From IMG/VR virus record IMGVR_UViG_2675903352_000013, positions 1 to 25,016 of that record: DNA of 25,016 nucleotides. The stretch is one strand, 5' to 3'. The notes under the pieces were generated by a model that had not been told where the DNA came from, made no database searches, and saw nothing but the letters and a program-made list of their open reading frames with translations. Below, piece by piece: positions 15,690 to 23,780 of this stretch; within the stretch, counting starts at the first letter, position 1, and every line of letters starts with the position of its first letter. This DNA comes from a virus. Its lineage: Duplodnaviria > Heunggongvirae > Uroviricota > Caudoviricetes. A program made the translations under genes and the position numbers.

Positions 15690-15928
15690 GAATCAACCGC
15701 TCCTATGCTGTTTTCGCTATGCTTACCGTCTGGGGGGAATACATCGTCAAGTCCACAATGAGCGCCAAGCCGATTAAGGGTAGAAACAATTTTTCTGCAC
15801 TCCTCTAGTCCAGGGGTACGAAAATTTGCTTCGTAATTTGCCAGTCGGCTTTGTATCCACCCTAACTGAACAGCGAGTTGTCTTTGAGACAGACCAAGCT
15901 GTTTTCGATATGTTGAAATTTTGTTCAT
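15686..15928 (-). CDS. ydaS: Cro/YdaS-like HTH (XRE-family) regulator
   Basis: 80-aa ORF, ATG at 15928..15926 with SD GGAGG at a 7-nt spacer; HTH segment LGLSQRQLAVQLGWIQSRLANYE; divergent from the repressor gene. Confidence 0.65.
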   Translation of the reverse strand: MNKISTYRKQLGLSQRQLAVQLGWIQSRLANYEANFRTPGLEECRKIVSTLNRLGAHCGLDDVFPPDGKHSENSIGAVDS

Positions 15929-16024
15929 TGAAAACCTCCGATGACAATTTTAAACACACATTGTGTTATACGATCAAGCTGTTTTGTGTTTTATATAAAT
16001 CACGAATCGTGATACAAGGATGCA
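15929..16024. promoter_or_regulatory. Divergent promoter/operator region between the cro-like and repressor genes
   Basis: Contains ACACA-T-TGTGT inverted repeat (15956..15966), a TTTTGTGTTTT half-site, and a 15-bp perfect palindrome ATCACGAATCGTGAT at about 15999..16013. Confidence 0.5.
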
Positions 16025-16444
16025 ATGGAAAAAGAAAACGAAAAAATTGCCGCTAGTAGGCTCAATGACAAAATTGCAATGCGTCTTAAAGAGCGCAGGC
16101 AGAAGCTCGGTTTATCTCAAGGAAAACTTGCTGAAATCTGCGGATGGACGCAATCGCGTATAGGTAACTATGAGGCGGGCAGCAGAAATGTTGGAGTGCA
16201 TGATGCTGTCGTATTGGGAAAGGCACTTGGCATATCTCCTCCTGAGCTCCTCTTTGGAGAACAGGAATCTTCTGAATTGTGGTTAAATGAATCCCAACGA
16301 AAACTTCTTGAGTTGTTTAACCAGCTACCGGGCTCAGAACAACAACGAATGATTGAGCTATTTGAAGTCCGGCTAAAAGAAATCGATGAGTATGTAGAAA
16401 AATATTTGAGAGGCAGGCTTAAAGATAATCCCCCACCGGAGTAA
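16025..16444 (+). CDS. Prophage repressor, XRE-family HTH (RacR-like position)
   Basis: 139-aa ORF, ATG at 16025 with SD AAGGA; HTH LGLSQGKLAEICGWTQSRIGNYE; no peptidase S24 domain. Confidence 0.7.
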   Translation: MEKENEKIAASRLNDKIAMRLKERRQKLGLSQGKLAEICGWTQSRIGNYEAGSRNVGVHDAVVLGKALGISPPELLFGEQESSELWLNESQRKLLELFNQLPGSEQQRMIELFEVRLKEIDEYVEKYLRGRLKDNPPPE

Positions 16445-16473
16445 TGATCTTGATATCACAGTAATATGCCAAT

Positions 16474-16497
16474 CAGCCCGCTATCAGCGGGCTTTTT
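16474..16497 (+). terminator. Rho-independent terminator downstream of the repressor gene
   Basis: AGCCCGCT-atc-AGCGGGCT followed by TTTTTTGT. Confidence 0.7.
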
Positions 16498-16526
16498 TGT
16501 ACCATCATCATATGACATCCACCACA

Positions 16527-16570
16527 AAACACATTTCGTGTTGACACACGAAAACACATTGTGTTTAATA
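16527..16570 (+). promoter_or_regulatory. Candidate promoter with operator half-sites upstream of ydaF/ydaG
   Basis: AACACA-T-TGTGTT inverted repeat at 16553..16565 and AACAC-N5-GTGTT at about 16528..16543; TTGACA at 16542..16547 with TTTAAT about 17 nt downstream. Confidence 0.4.
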
Positions 16571-16745
16571 AGCATATCCAAACAACGCCCCACCAGAGAA
16601 CGGCAGGACAATACCTTGAGTTATCCAGCCACTGAACAGGGCTAAGTAGCCAGCCTGAGGCATACGAACATGACGGCTGTTGTTGATTGATACAAAGCGC
16701 AGTAGATAAAACGTTCCGCTACCCGGCGTTAATGGGAGAGATAAG

Positions 16746-16880
16746 ATGGTGCATTACGAAGTAGTTCAGTATTTGATGGATTGTTGCGGTATCACTTACA
16801 GCCAGGCTGTGCAGGCTTTACGTAGCAACGACTGGGATCTCTGGCAGGCAGAAGCCTCTATCCGCAACAACAAGATGTGA
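16746..16880 (+). CDS. ydaF: YdaF-like small protein
   Basis: 44-aa ORF below the track cutoff: MVHYEVVQYLMDCCGITYSQAVQALRSNDWDLWQAEASIRNNKM. Confidence 0.55.
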   Translation: MVHYEVVQYLMDCCGITYSQAVQALRSNDWDLWQAEASIRNNKM

Positions 16881-16891
16881 GGGTTTCCAAA

Positions 16892-17047
16892 ATGCAAAAA
16901 ATCGACCTCGGCAACAACGAATCCCTGGTGTGCGGCGTGTTACCCAACCAGGACGGTATGTTCACCACGATGACGTATACCAAAAGCAAAACGTTTAAAA
17001 CCGAAGCTGGTGCCAGCCGATGGTTGGAGAAGCACACAGTAAGCTAA
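16892..17047 (+). CDS. ydaG: YdaG-like small protein
   Basis: 51-aa ORF: MQKIDLGNNESLVCGVLPNQDGMFTTMTYTKSKTFKTEAGASRWLEKHTVS. Confidence 0.55.
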   Translation: MQKIDLGNNESLVCGVLPNQDGMFTTMTYTKSKTFKTEAGASRWLEKHTVS

Positions 17048-17493
17048 CGATTAAAACCTCTACTCCTGCTGTTCCAGAATAACTTCATAAAATGGGAGTA
17101 TTTTTCGGTGACGAGATAATAAGAACAGTTTGCGCTATCACTCTGATGTTGAATGATGCCCTTCCGTTCTAATTTTTTCATAACCGGGTTACGGCAAGGA
17201 GAAATGATAATAAGATTTCCTGTTTTAAGGAAATCTTTAAATACAGCGATTTCTTTCTCAGATAAACGAAGCAATACTCGTTGCTCTGGTAGTAATGAAT
17301 AATGCTTTTGAATATGCGCTCGCAATCTTGAGAAGGAAATGGCGACCACAAAAGAAAAGGCAAAAACGATAATCTGAAACAACCAAGGTATTTCAGTATA
17401 AGTATTGAATGCGACAACAAACTCTTTCGGCATCAACCAGAGAGTGAGGCCAAAAATAATAATCGTGTACATAAGTCTTTCGATGTGGCTCAT
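17044..17493 (-). CDS. sieB: Superinfection exclusion protein B (SieB-like)
   Basis: Track ORF starts at TTG 17499; first in-frame ATG at 17493..17491. Sequence SHIERLMYTIIIFGLTLWLMPKEF...FQIIVFAFSFVVAISFSRL with two transmembrane segments matches SieB as recalled. Confidence 0.7.
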   Translation of the reverse strand: MSHIERLMYTIIIFGLTLWLMPKEFVVAFNTYTEIPWLFQIIVFAFSFVVAISFSRLRAHIQKHYSLLPEQRVLLRLSEKEIAVFKDFLKTGNLIIISPCRNPVMKKLERKGIIQHQSDSANCSYYLVTEKYSHFMKLFWNSRSRGFNR

Positions 17494-17972
17494 TAGCAAA
17501 AAGTTTCAACAATGGAGTAAATACATCCAACATATCAATAACTCTCGACTGTAAGGGTATTGAAATGTTAACACAAGCTCTCGCTGTAGGGGTATAGCAG
17601 AGACCACCGAAGCCCGGAGGTGGTGAAATAAAACCGGGCACAACACGAAGGCGCATTTCCGGTATCCATAAAGAGTCGGTCTTGTCTGTTAAATTTAAAT
17701 GGTGGGAGTGCGCCTCCGGTTGTAAATAACGACATTGCTGTGTGTAGTCCTGGCGGCATCAGTTTTTTCTTGAAGTTTGGCTGATGTCCGCCCTTTTTAA
17801 AGTGAATTTTGTGATGCGGTGAATGCGGCTAAGCGCACGCGGAACAGTTAAAGCTAAAAACAGTGTTATGGGTGGATTCTCTGTATCCGGCGTTAATTGT
17901 TAACTGGTTAACGTCACCTGGAGGCACCAGGCACCGCATCGACAAAATTCATTTGTAAAAATGGAGATAATT

Positions 17973-18194
17973 ATGATTACTCATCACTTCGGAACTGATG
18001 AAATACCACGTCAGTGTGTAACTCCTGGCGATTATGTTCTTCATGAAGGCCGGACATATATCGCCTCGGCAAACAATATAAAAAAGCGAAAACTTTATAT
18101 TCGTAGCCTGACCACAAAAACATGCATTTCTGACTGCATGGTTAAAGTCTTCCTCGGTAGTGATGGTTTACCTGTAAAAGCAGAGTCATGGTGA
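17973..18194 (+). CDS. racC: RacC-like small protein
   Basis: Second ATG at 17973 is preceded by GGAG at a 6-nt spacer; product begins [26 protein letters not shown]. Confidence 0.5.
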   Translation: MITHHFGTDEIPRQCVTPGDYVLHEGRTYIASANNIKKRKLYIRSLTTKTCISDCMVKVFLGSDGLPVKAESW

Positions 18195-18364
18195 TGGATA
18201 AGAAAATAAAATGTGCTTACCACCTTTGCAAAAAAGACGTTGAAGAAAGCAAAACTATTGAAAGAATGCTTCATTTCATGCACGGAACTTTATCAAAAGA
18301 CGAACCGAGAAAATATTGCAGTGAAACTTGTGCCGAAAAAGACCAGATGGCACACGAACTTTAA
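18194..18364 (+). CDS. ydaE: YdaE-like zinc-binding small protein
   Basis: 56-aa ORF not in the track: [56 protein letters not shown]; its ATG overlaps the racC-like stop (TGATG). Confidence 0.65.
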   Translation: MDKKIKCAYHLCKKDVEESKTIERMLHFMHGTLSKDEPRKYCSETCAEKDQMAHEL

Positions 18365-18438
18365 TTAACTGACTATTCGAAACTGAATTTATGCCAGCAA
18401 TGGCAGGGATTCGCTCAACCTTAATTAAGGAGAAAAAC

Positions 18439-18714
18439 ATGATTACCAATTATGAAGCCACTGTTGTAACTACTGATGACATTGTTCACGAGGTCAATCT
18501 GGACGGAAAGCGTATTGGCTACGTGATTAAAACAGAAAATAAAGAAACCCCATTCACTGTGGTTGATATCGACGGCCCATCAGGCAACGTTAAAACACTT
18601 CATGAAGGCGTCAAAAAAATGTGCCTGGTGCACATTGGAAATAATCTGCCAGCAGAAAAAAAAGCTGAGTTTCTGGCAACTCTGATTGCAATGAAATTAA
18701 AAGGTGAAATTTAA
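18439..18714 (+). CDS. kilR: KilR-like cell-division (FtsZ) inhibitor
   Basis: ATG at 18439 preceded by AGGAG at a 7-nt spacer; MITNYEATVVTTDDIVHEVNLDGKRIGYVIKTENKETPFTVVDIDGPSGNVKTL... matches Rac KilR as recalled. An upstream in-frame ATG at 18391 lacks an RBS. Confidence 0.75.
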   Translation: MITNYEATVVTTDDIVHEVNLDGKRIGYVIKTENKETPFTVVDIDGPSGNVKTLHEGVKKMCLVHIGNNLPAEKKAEFLATLIAMKLKGEI

Positions 18715-18814
18715 AAAAAAGAAAGCCTGCACAGTGTACAGGCCTGAGTGAAAAACCTGGGACATTTATTCATCACTCGCACTAAATTTTAATCTGAGTT
18801 GAGGTTAAAAAACA

Positions 18815-21800
18815 ATGAGCACTGACAAACAAAATTTTGCGTTACATTGCGACGCGAAAAATGAGGGCGCAAGAAAACGCCTCGGCATCAAAGGCGGCTT
18901 CTTCTGGACAGAGGCAAAAAAACTTTCTGTTGCGGTTTCACGCTGCATTGCTGCAATGGACGATGCAGGCTACGACGAAGATGATTTTAAAAAACCTGTT
19001 CGCGTAAATTTGCCCGTTGTTGATGACCTTCCGCCAGAAGGCGTATTTGATACGGAATTCTGCAACCGTTACGAAAAAGGCGGTGAAGATGGCATTACAA
19101 TGGTATTTATCGCGCCATCACACTCTGTTCAGGACAAACCAGCCAGCACTGACAACACCAACGTCAACGGCGAAGATATGACTGAGATTGAGGAGAATAT
19201 GCTACTCCCGATTTCAGGTCAGATTCTGCCTGTTCGCTGGCTGGCACAGCACAGCAGCGAAAAACCGGTAACGCACGTTTCACGGGAAGAACTGCGCGCA
19301 TTACATAACGCACAGGATGAAAAACTTCCCGCAGTTACAGCGCTGGCCATCTCAAATAAAGCAGCGCAACTCGAACCGCTGGAGATTCGCGATCTCCACA
19401 AACTGGTTCGTGACACTGACAAAGTTTTCCCTAATCCTGGTAATTCAGATCTGGGACTGATGACTGCTTTTTTCGAAGCATACCTGGGCACCGACTACAC
19501 CGATCGAGGTCTGCTGACAAAAGAGTGGATGAAAGGGAATCGTGTTTCACGCATCACCCGCACGCCCTCCGGTGCTAATGCTGGCGGCGGGAACAAAACT
19601 GATCGCGGTGAAGATTTCGTCCACGATCAGGCTTCGCTGGCACGCGATGTTGCGACTGGCATTCTGGCCCGTTCAATGGATGTTGATATTTATAACCTTC
19701 ATCCGGCACACGCTAAACGTATTGATGAAATCATCGCAGAGAATAAGCCGCCCTTTTCTGTTTTCCGTGACATATTCACTGCTATGCCTGGGGGATTGGA
19801 TTATTCCCGCGCCATCGTGGTTGCATCCGTGAAAGAAGCACCTATCGGTATTGAGGTTATTCACGCGCACGTCACTGAATATCTGAACAAGGTGCTGATT
19901 GAAACCAATCACGCCAATCCTGATCAGGAAATCGTGGATATTACTTGCGGCCGTTCCTCAGCCCCAATGCCACAGCGTGATACAGAAGAAGGAAAACAAG
20001 GTGAAGAAAAACCACAACCATCTGGCGCAATGGCAAATGAACAGGCAACGCCTGAAACAGTGGAACCGGATACAACTGAACATCATCAGAACACGCAGTC
20101 GATGGATGCTCAGCCACAGGTAAATTCTGTTGATGCGAAATATCAGGAACTGAGGGCAGAACTCCATGAAGCCCGGAAAAACATTCCGCCCCAAAATCCT
20201 GTCGATGCAGACAAATTACTGGCTGCCTATCGCGGAGAATTTGTTGAAGGGATTAGCGACCCGAATGATCCGAAATGGGTTAAGGGGATCCAGACTCGCG
20301 ATTCTGTGTACCAGCATCAGCCAGAAACGGAACAGAACGACCAGAAAGCTGAACAGAACAGCCCAAATACGCAACAAAACGAGCCAGAAACGAAACAGTC
20401 TGAGCCAGTAGTGCAACAACAGGAAACGGAGAAAGTTTGCACCGCCTGCGGTCAGGCTGGAGGAAATAGCTGCCCTGACTGTGGTGCAGTGATGGGAGAC
20501 GCAACGTATCAGGAAACCTTTAATGAAGAAAATATGGATGAATCTCAGGAAAAAGATTCGGAGAAAATGGAAGACGATAAACATCCGCACAAGGAAAACA
20601 CTGGCAACCATCCGCATCACAATTGCAGTGATGAAACTGGTGAAGCGTCAGCTCCTGTAGCAACTGAAATCATGTGGCCGTCATATTTCGAGCCTGGTCG
20701 CTATGAAAACCTCCCGAACGAGGTTTATCACGCCGCCAACGGAATAAGCAGCACGATGCTGAAGGATGCCCGTATCAGTTTGATGTATTACCACGGGCGG
20801 CACATTGCCGGAACTATTCCGTGTGAAGAAAGTGATGCATTGCTACGTGGGCGGATCATTCACAGCTATGTTCTGGAAACGGATAAATTCTCTGATGAAT
20901 ATGCCATTCCGGTACCGGTTCCTGAAGATGTGGTTGCCACTTCTCAAGAACTGATCGCCATTATTAAAAAACACAATGCCAGTTTGCCAGCACTGATGAC
21001 GCCAGAGCAGATAAAAGAGTGGATCGAAAACTACAACAGCACTCTTATTCAGCCACTGTCGGTAAGTGCTGGAGCCGAAGAAACAGGCATTCTTTACGGC
21101 TCGCTCCCGGAGGAATTCCGGCGTATTCCAGAAGGAGAAAAACACACTGCATCAGCAATGAAAGCCTGTATTAAAGAATACAACGCAAGCCTCCCCTCTC
21201 TACTGAAAACCAGTGGAACACGGGAGCAACTTCTGGAGCAAATTGAAACTGTAGATCCAGAACTGGCAAAAAAGAACGGGCTAAATCTTTGCCTTACAAC
21301 ATCAGTGGTACAAAAGAGCAATTAACCGAAATCGCCCGGAAAATTCGCCCGGAACTGGTAACACTGGAGGACTGGCAAAAACGCCAGCAAGAAGAAAATG
21401 CAGGAAAAACGTTTATCAGTCCAGATATGTATGAACAGGCAAAAAATATTCACGCGGCACTGCAAAACAATACTGACGCGGCAAGACTACTCAACCACCC
21501 GGATCGCAAATCTGAAATCAGCTATTTCGGGTTTGATGAAGAAACCGGGCTGGAAATCAGGGTCCGCCCTGATATCGAAATCCGACTGCCATACGAAAGC
21601 ATCTGCGCCGACGTGAAATCAGTAAGCTTCGGTTATGTGCGGCAAGAACGACTAAAAGATCGCTTACACCGTGAAATTATTGAACGTGATTATCACCTGA
21701 GCGCCGCAATGTACTGCGATGTGGCAAACCTGGATAAATTTTTCTGGGTCTTCGTCAATAAGGATGCTGGCTATCACTGGGTGGCAGTTGTGGAAGCTTC

Positions 21801-21960
21801 GCAGGAACTCCTTGAACTTGGTCGCCAGGAGTATCGCCGGACGCTACGCCAGATAAACGAAGCTCTGGAGACAAACAACTGGCCAGCACCAATTACCGAA
21901 AGTTATACCGACGAATTAAACGACTTTGATCTTCGTCGTCTTGAAGCACTGAGCATCTGA
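18815..21960 (+). pseudogene. recE: RecE (exonuclease VIII) homologue, apparently split by a frameshift into 836-aa and 223-aa ORFs
   Basis: N-terminal and central regions strongly resemble Rac RecE as recalled. The nuclease domain begins in ORF1 ([15 protein letters not shown]...[12 protein letters not shown]) and continues in ORF2 (RPDIEIRLPYE...DVKSV), which has no ATG (TTG at 21289); the frames overlap at 21247..21325. Confidence 0.7.
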
Positions 21961-21971
21961 GGAAGGACACA

Positions 21972-23024
21972 ATGAACGAATTAACTCAACAAGAAAATAT
22001 TAACTCTAACGTTGCGGTTTTCAGCCCTCAGTCCCTGGCTGCAATTCAGACATTTTCTCAGGTAATGGCTTCCGGCATGGCTACTGTACCGGAACACCTC
22101 CGGGGAAATCCATCAGACTGTATGGCCATCACCATGCAGGCGATGCAGTGGCAAATGAACCCTTACGCAGTAGCTCAGAAAACTTTCGTTGTGAATGGTG
22201 TGCTCGGATATGAAGCGCAACTGGTTAATGCCGTAATCAGTACCCGTGGACCGCTAACCGGGCGTATTGAATATGACTGGTTCGGACCGTGGGAAAAAAT
22301 TATCGGGAAATTTGAAATCAGGAAGAACGATAAAGGGAAAGAATATCGCGTACCTGGATGGAAGCTGGCCGATGAAAACGGGATCGGAGTTCGTGTCCAG
22401 GCAACGCTACGTGGAGAGAGCAAACCACGCGTACTTGAGTTACTTCTGGCGCAGGCCAGAACACGTAACTCAACGTTATGGGCCGATGATCCTCGCCAGC
22501 AACTTGCCTATCTGGCACTAAAACGCTGGGCACGCCTTTATTGCCCTGAAGTGATTCTTGGAGTGTACACCCGGGACGAACTGGACGAACCACAGGAAAA
22601 AATCATTAATCCGGTTCAGGAACATAAAAACACATCCGCCTGCCGTGCGGAACGTGAAACAACAATTATTGAGCAGGATGCCGGGGAAAACTGGATCGAT
22701 GCTTTCCGTGAACGTATTGAGCAAGCACAAAGCACCGAAGAAACAACGGCACTTCGCCAGGAAGTAGAAGCTCATAAAAATACACTTGGTGCTCTCTACA
22801 CAGAACTTAAAGGAAAAGTGGTTCAGCGTCATCACCGTCTTAATGCTATTGCCCGTATTGAGAAGATGATAAATGACCTGCCTTCATCAGGTGATCCAGA
22901 AGCAGAACAAAAATTTACGGCTCTGGAAAACACGCTGAATGCTGTACGACCACATTTAGGAGAATTATATGAGGCGTATAAAACGACACTGACAGACCTG
23001 AAACCAGAATATATCGGCTCCTGA
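21972..23024 (+). CDS. RecT/Bet (Redbeta)-family single-strand annealing protein
   Basis: 350-aa ORF immediately downstream of recE, RBS GGAAGGA. Segment TLWADDPRQQLAYLALKRWARLYCPEVILGVYTRDE parallels the conserved GPW...ARLAFGFAGIYDKDE region of lambda Bet. Confidence 0.7.
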   Translation: MNELTQQENINSNVAVFSPQSLAAIQTFSQVMASGMATVPEHLRGNPSDCMAITMQAMQWQMNPYAVAQKTFVVNGVLGYEAQLVNAVISTRGPLTGRIEYDWFGPWEKIIGKFEIRKNDKGKEYRVPGWKLADENGIGVRVQATLRGESKPRVLELLLAQARTRNSTLWADDPRQQLAYLALKRWARLYCPEVILGVYTRDELDEPQEKIINPVQEHKNTSACRAERETTIIEQDAGENWIDAFRERIEQAQSTEETTALRQEVEAHKNTLGALYTELKGKVVQRHHRLNAIARIEKMINDLPSSGDPEAEQKFTALENTLNAVRPHLGELYEAYKTTLTDLKPEYIGS

Positions 23025-23088
23025 TATTTACCATGGCGGTGTAGCCTCGCCGCCATCGCAAAATTATATATTTATGAGAGAAAAGACA

Positions 23089-23283
23089 ATGCGATATGAA
23101 AAAGTTAAGCCATGTCCGTTTTGTGGTTGTCCATCTGTAACAGTGAAAGCCATTTCAGGGTATTACCGGGCAAAATGCAACGGCTGCGAATCCCGAACTG
23201 GCTATGGTGGAAGTGAGAAAGAAGCCCTCGAAAGATGGAATAAACGAACCGCTGAAAATATTAATGGAGGCATCTATGTATAA
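23089..23283 (+). CDS. ralR: Restriction alleviation protein RalR (Lar)
   Basis: 64-aa product from the second ATG: MRYEKVKPCPFCGCPSVTVKAISGYYRAKCNGCESRTGYGGSEKEALERWNKRT..., matching Rac Lar as recalled. Confidence 0.8.
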   Translation: MRYEKVKPCPFCGCPSVTVKAISGYYRAKCNGCESRTGYGGSEKEALERWNKRTAENINGGIYV

Positions 23284-23464
23284 AATTACCGCCACAATTG
23301 AAAAGGAAGGTGGTACTCCTACTAACTGGACAAGATATTCAAAATCTAAACTAACGAAATCAGAATGCGAAAAAATGCTCTCAGGGAAAAAAGAAGCAGG
23401 CGTTTCCAGAGAGCAAAAAGTAAAACTGATGAATTTTAATTGCGAGAAACTTCAGTCCTGGTAA
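23276..23464 (+). CDS. ydaC: YdaC-like small protein
   Basis: ATG at 23276 preceded by GGAGG at a 6-nt spacer; overlaps the ralR stop; product MYKITATIEKEGGTPTNWTRYSKSKLTKSECEKMLSGKKEAG... Confidence 0.6.
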   Translation: MYKITATIEKEGGTPTNWTRYSKSKLTKSECEKMLSGKKEAGVSREQKVKLMNFNCEKLQSW

Positions 23465-23563
23465 GTTGCATTGTATTCAAATTAAAACTTCATAGCTGAT
23501 TATTAATAATCAACGCCGGGCGTCAATTTCTGTCTAATATTGTCGCCCGCCAGAGGTGATGCG

Positions 23564-23779
23564 ATGGCACAAGTGATCTTTAATGAAGAGTGGATGGTTG
23601 AATACGGTCTGATGCTTCGTACTGGTCTGGGGGCCAGACAAATTGAAGCATATCGCCAGAACTGTTGGGTGGAAGGCCTCCACTTCAAACGAGTATCTCC
23701 TTTAGGTAAGCCAGACAGCAAGCGAGGGATTATCTGGTACAACTATCCGAAGATAAATCAGTTTATCAAAGACTCATAA
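23564..23779 (+). CDS. xisR: Excisionase (XisR/YdaQ-like)
   Basis: Track ORF starts at TTG 23540; ATG at 23564 is preceded by AGGTG. 71-aa product [44 protein letters not shown]...; stop abuts the integrase ATG. Confidence 0.75.
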   Translation: MAQVIFNEEWMVEYGLMLRTGLGARQIEAYRQNCWVEGLHFKRVSPLGKPDSKRGIIWYNYPKINQFIKDS

Positions 23780-23780
23780 T

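Noticed and set aside
17178-17656. Minus-strand ORFs 17178..17420 and 17393..17656 overlapping sieB and its upstream region
   Set aside because: Alternative-frame overlaps of the sieB gene or intergenic read-through with no RBS or family resemblance.
19219-20620. Minus-strand ORFs antisense to recE (19219..19491, 19673..19912, 19958..20194, 20216..20620, 20280..20504)
   Set aside because: All lie inside the strongly supported recE coding region and show highly biased composition typical of antisense reading of a low-complexity segment.
23465-23563. Inverted repeat ACGCC-G-GGCGT upstream of the excisionase gene as a possible att core or regulatory site
   Set aside because: Short and isolated; the attachment site is expected beyond the integrase 3' end (outside the window), so this is at most a local promoter or operator element and cannot be supported further.
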